The position numbers were made by a program, and so were the translations under genes. A stretch of DNA of 64,000 nt, from positions 108 to 64,107 of the forward strand of contig NZ_JAQGJD010000333.1 of NCBI RefSeq assembly GCF_028290785.1, in the 5' to 3' direction. Each line of letters opens with the position of its first letter. Positions within the stretch are counted from its first letter, which is position 1. Positions 61,389 to 64,000 of this stretch are shown one piece after another. Under the pieces are notes generated by a model, which did no database searches, was not told the DNA's origin, and saw only the letters and a program-made list of their open reading frames with translations. This stretch comes from Tardiphaga sp. Lineage in GTDB: Bacteria > Pseudomonadota > Alphaproteobacteria > Rhizobiales > Xanthobacteraceae.

Positions 61389-63827
61389 TTGAAAAGTTCC
61401 CCGGGAGTTCCCCACCTACTTCGTTCGGTTCTGCCCTTCACCACGATGGTGCTGTTGCAGGCTATTGTCGCCGGCATCAGCATGAACGCGCTGTCGTCGG
61501 TGCGCGCCTACGTCGCTGGCGAAAGCCTCTGGTCAAAAGGACAGAAGGAGGCGGTTTACGCCCTGAGCCTCTATACCGAAACCGGCGACGAAAGATATTA
61601 CAGTCGCTATCAATCGACGATCGCCGTGCCCCTTGGTGATCTCAAAGCACGTCGCGCTCTCGAAAAGCCAGTCCCCGATCTGGGCGCCGCGTATGGGGGC
61701 TTTCTGCAGGGCGGCAACCATACCGACGACATCGACGGCATGATCTGGCTGTTTCGCTATTTCGGCGATGTCAGCTACCTCGCCAAGGCGATCGAGAAAT
61801 GGCGGGCAGCTGATCTTGTCATATATGAGTTGGCCGATATTGCCGCTTCCATCCATTCGGAAGTCGCCAGCGGGCCCCTCGCGCCGCAGCGCATCCAGGC
61901 ACTCAAGGCGAAAATCCACGAGATTGACGAACGGACTACACCGCTGGCAGTAGCCTTTTCCGAGCGCCTCGGCGAGGGATCGCGACTTCTCCAGCTGATA
62001 TTGGCGGTCGTCAATATCTTCACGGCTGCCCTGCTGATTCTGCTTGGAGTCTGGCGTACCCGCAAACTTCTCATTCAGCGTCAGACATTCGAGAATGCGC
62101 TGAAGGCTGAAAAAGAGCGTGCGCAGGTTACACTCGCTTCAATTGGCGAGGCCGTGATCAGTACAGATGCGAATGGCTGTGTCGAATATATGAACCCAAC
62201 GGCCGAGCGGCTGGTGGCCCAGCGGGTTGGCGATGCGCTGGGAAAACATCTGACGTCACTGTTTCACATTGTCGATCAAGATGACGGAGTCGACAACAAA
62301 ATCCTGATCGGGCAGGCCCTTGCCGGCAAGACCGTCAACGGCGGCGGGCAACCTCATCTGCTGATTCGGGAGGACGCCAGTTCGGTCCCCGTATCATGGG
62401 TTGCCGCACCGTTGCTGATTGAAGCCGAGGCGGCGGGATCTGTGATGGTGTTGCACGATATGACGCGGGAGCAGGAATATATCTCGCGATTGGCCCACCA
62501 GGCGTCGCACGATACGCTGACCGATCTGGCCAATCGACGTGAGTTCGAGCGTCGCCTGGAGGACGCGCTGCCGCGGGTCGGCATGAGCTCGGCGCAGCAC
62601 GCTTTAATGTTTCTCGATCTCGACCAGTTCAAGGTCGTCAACGACACTTGCGGTCATGCCGCTGGCGATCAGCTGCTCCGCCAGGTTTCGGGAATGCTGC
62701 AAAAACATCTGCGCCCCGGCGATCTGTTGGCTCGTTTGGGAGGCGATGAGTTCGCCGTCCTCCTGGAGAATTGCGGGGCCGAGCTGGCCGCGAGCACCGC
62801 CGAGCGTCTCCGGCAGACGGTGGAAGAATTGAATTTCGTCTGGAACGGCCGAGTGTTCAACATCACCGTCAGCGTCGGTCTGGTGTGCATCGCCGAGGCC
62901 AATACCACGATTGAAGACACGCTGCGGACAGCCGACGTCGCCTGCTACATGGCCAAGGAGAAGGGCCGCAACCGGGTTCAGATTCACCATTCGAGCGACG
63001 ACGAGTTGTTGCGGCGGGTTAACGAAATGACCTGGGTGCAGCGCATTCACGAGGCGCTGGAAGGAAATCGGTTCTGCCTGCACGCACAGAAGATTGTCCC
63101 GCTTGACGACCGCGACGTGGGTGGTCTGCACGTCGAGCTTCTGTTGCGGTTGCGGGACGAGGATGGCCAGCTCATCGCGCCTGGCAATTTCATTCCTGCC
63201 GCGGAGCGCTATGGGTTGATGACCCTGATCGACCGCTGGGTGGTACGGAACGCGTTCGCGATCCTGGCCCACCGAAGGGCCGATCGGACTTCAATTCCGA
63301 TCGCTACCTGTGCCATCAATCTTTCCGGCTCGACTTTCCAGGACGACGGATTTCCAGATTACGTCCGCAACCAGCTTCTCGCCCACAAAATCCCGGCAAC
63401 GATCATCTGTTTCGAAATCACAGAGACCAGTGCGATAGCTAAACTGGCCAAGGCGGGCGAGTTTATTTGCTCGCTGCAACAGCTAGGTTGTCGTTTCTCG
63501 CTTGACGACTTTGGCAGCGGCATGTCGTCGTTTGCTTACCTCAAGCATCTTCCGGTGAATTACCTCAAGATCGACGGCGGTTTTGTGAAAGACATGCTGG
63601 TCGATCCGATCGACCGCGCGATGGTCGAAATGATCAGCCATATCGGCAAGATCATGGGTAAGAAAACGGTCGCAGAGTTCGTCGAAAGCGAGGAGATCTT
63701 TCAAGCTTTGCGCGAAATCGGCGTCGATTATGCGCAGGGTTATGCCGTTGGCAGGCCGGAACCATTCGATATCAGTAGCGAGATGACCGGCGCCGGGCGT
63801 GAGACGATCCGGCGCGACGTGGCGTAG
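61389..63827 (+). CDS. Membrane-anchored PAS-GGDEF-EAL c-di-GMP enzyme
   Basis: TM-flanked N-terminal domain, [27 protein letters not shown]; start uncertain (61389 or 61446). Confidence 0.92.
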   Translation: MKSSPGVPHLLRSVLPFTTMVLLQAIVAGISMNALSSVRAYVAGESLWSKGQKEAVYALSLYTETGDERYYSRYQSTIAVPLGDLKARRALEKPVPDLGAAYGGFLQGGNHTDDIDGMIWLFRYFGDVSYLAKAIEKWRAADLVIYELADIAASIHSEVASGPLAPQRIQALKAKIHEIDERTTPLAVAFSERLGEGSRLLQLILAVVNIFTAALLILLGVWRTRKLLIQRQTFENALKAEKERAQVTLASIGEAVISTDANGCVEYMNPTAERLVAQRVGDALGKHLTSLFHIVDQDDGVDNKILIGQALAGKTVNGGGQPHLLIREDASSVPVSWVAAPLLIEAEAAGSVMVLHDMTREQEYISRLAHQASHDTLTDLANRREFERRLEDALPRVGMSSAQHALMFLDLDQFKVVNDTCGHAAGDQLLRQVSGMLQKHLRPGDLLARLGGDEFAVLLENCGAELAASTAERLRQTVEELNFVWNGRVFNITVSVGLVCIAEANTTIEDTLRTADVACYMAKEKGRNRVQIHHSSDDELLRRVNEMTWVQRIHEALEGNRFCLHAQKIVPLDDRDVGGLHVELLLRLRDEDGQLIAPGNFIPAAERYGLMTLIDRWVVRNAFAILAHRRADRTSIPIATCAINLSGSTFQDDGFPDYVRNQLLAHKIPATIICFEITETSAIAKLAKAGEFICSLQQLGCRFSLDDFGSGMSSFAYLKHLPVNYLKIDGGFVKDMLVDPIDRAMVEMISHIGKIMGKKTVAEFVESEEIFQALREIGVDYAQGYAVGRPEPFDISSEMTGAGRETIRRDVA

Positions 63828-63885
63828 GCCGGTTGATCGGCGCCCGCGCGTCCTCGTGCTATTTGGCGATGCTCCGCATCCCAGC

Positions 63886-64000
63886 TCAGTTCAATTTTCC
63901 GATCCGGTCCAGCATCCCCGGTGCCACCGGGCTGTTGATCTTGAACCAGGCATCCAGCGCGTCGACGTCGTAAACGCCGACCTGCGGCGCGAGACCGCCC
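63886..64000 (-). CDS. C-terminus of a gene running off the window, possibly a 5'-nucleotidase-family protein
   Basis: Manual translation GGLAPQVGVYDVDALDAWFKINSPVAPGMLDRIGKLN*. Confidence 0.45.
   Translation of the reverse strand, partial: GGLAPQVGVYDVDALDAWFKINSPVAPGMLDRIGKLN

Overview
GC-rich alphaproteobacterial chromosomal window. Gene content and repeat families suggest Nitrobacteraceae (Bradyrhizobium/Tardiphaga/Rhodopseudomonas-like); this is an inference. It opens with a red-type RuBisCO cbbL-cbbS-cbbX operon, followed by a rearranged 2.4-4.6 kb patch containing a 216-bp duplication, a nested MITE/REP, a truncated TetR and a haloperoxidase-like hydrolase. Next come an MFS transporter, a glycine-riboswitch-controlled dadA-like gene, a TPP enzyme, HtrA, an mhqO/mhqD/LysR module, a UvrD-like helicase, an MCP, a frameshifted response regulator and a Crp-family regulator with a candidate sRNA upstream. 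At 22-33 kb lies a stress/carbohydrate cluster (glgX, two GH13 enzymes, transglutaminase-like protein, small proteins) with four GGAAC-N18-TT (sigma-EcfG-type) promoters and a 22-aa micropeptide absent from the ORF track. At 33.7-43 kb is a peptide-type ABC system with two divergent binding proteins, each behind a sigma54 promoter, plus an amidase with a small GatC/AtzG-like partner. The right end is mostly housekeeping (gcvA-like/DUF1127, rlmD, tlyA, dxs, xseB, deacetylase, GGDEF-EAL). About 14 intergenic palindromic repeat elements are present. No CRISPR array, tRNA, rRNA, transposase or integrase was seen.
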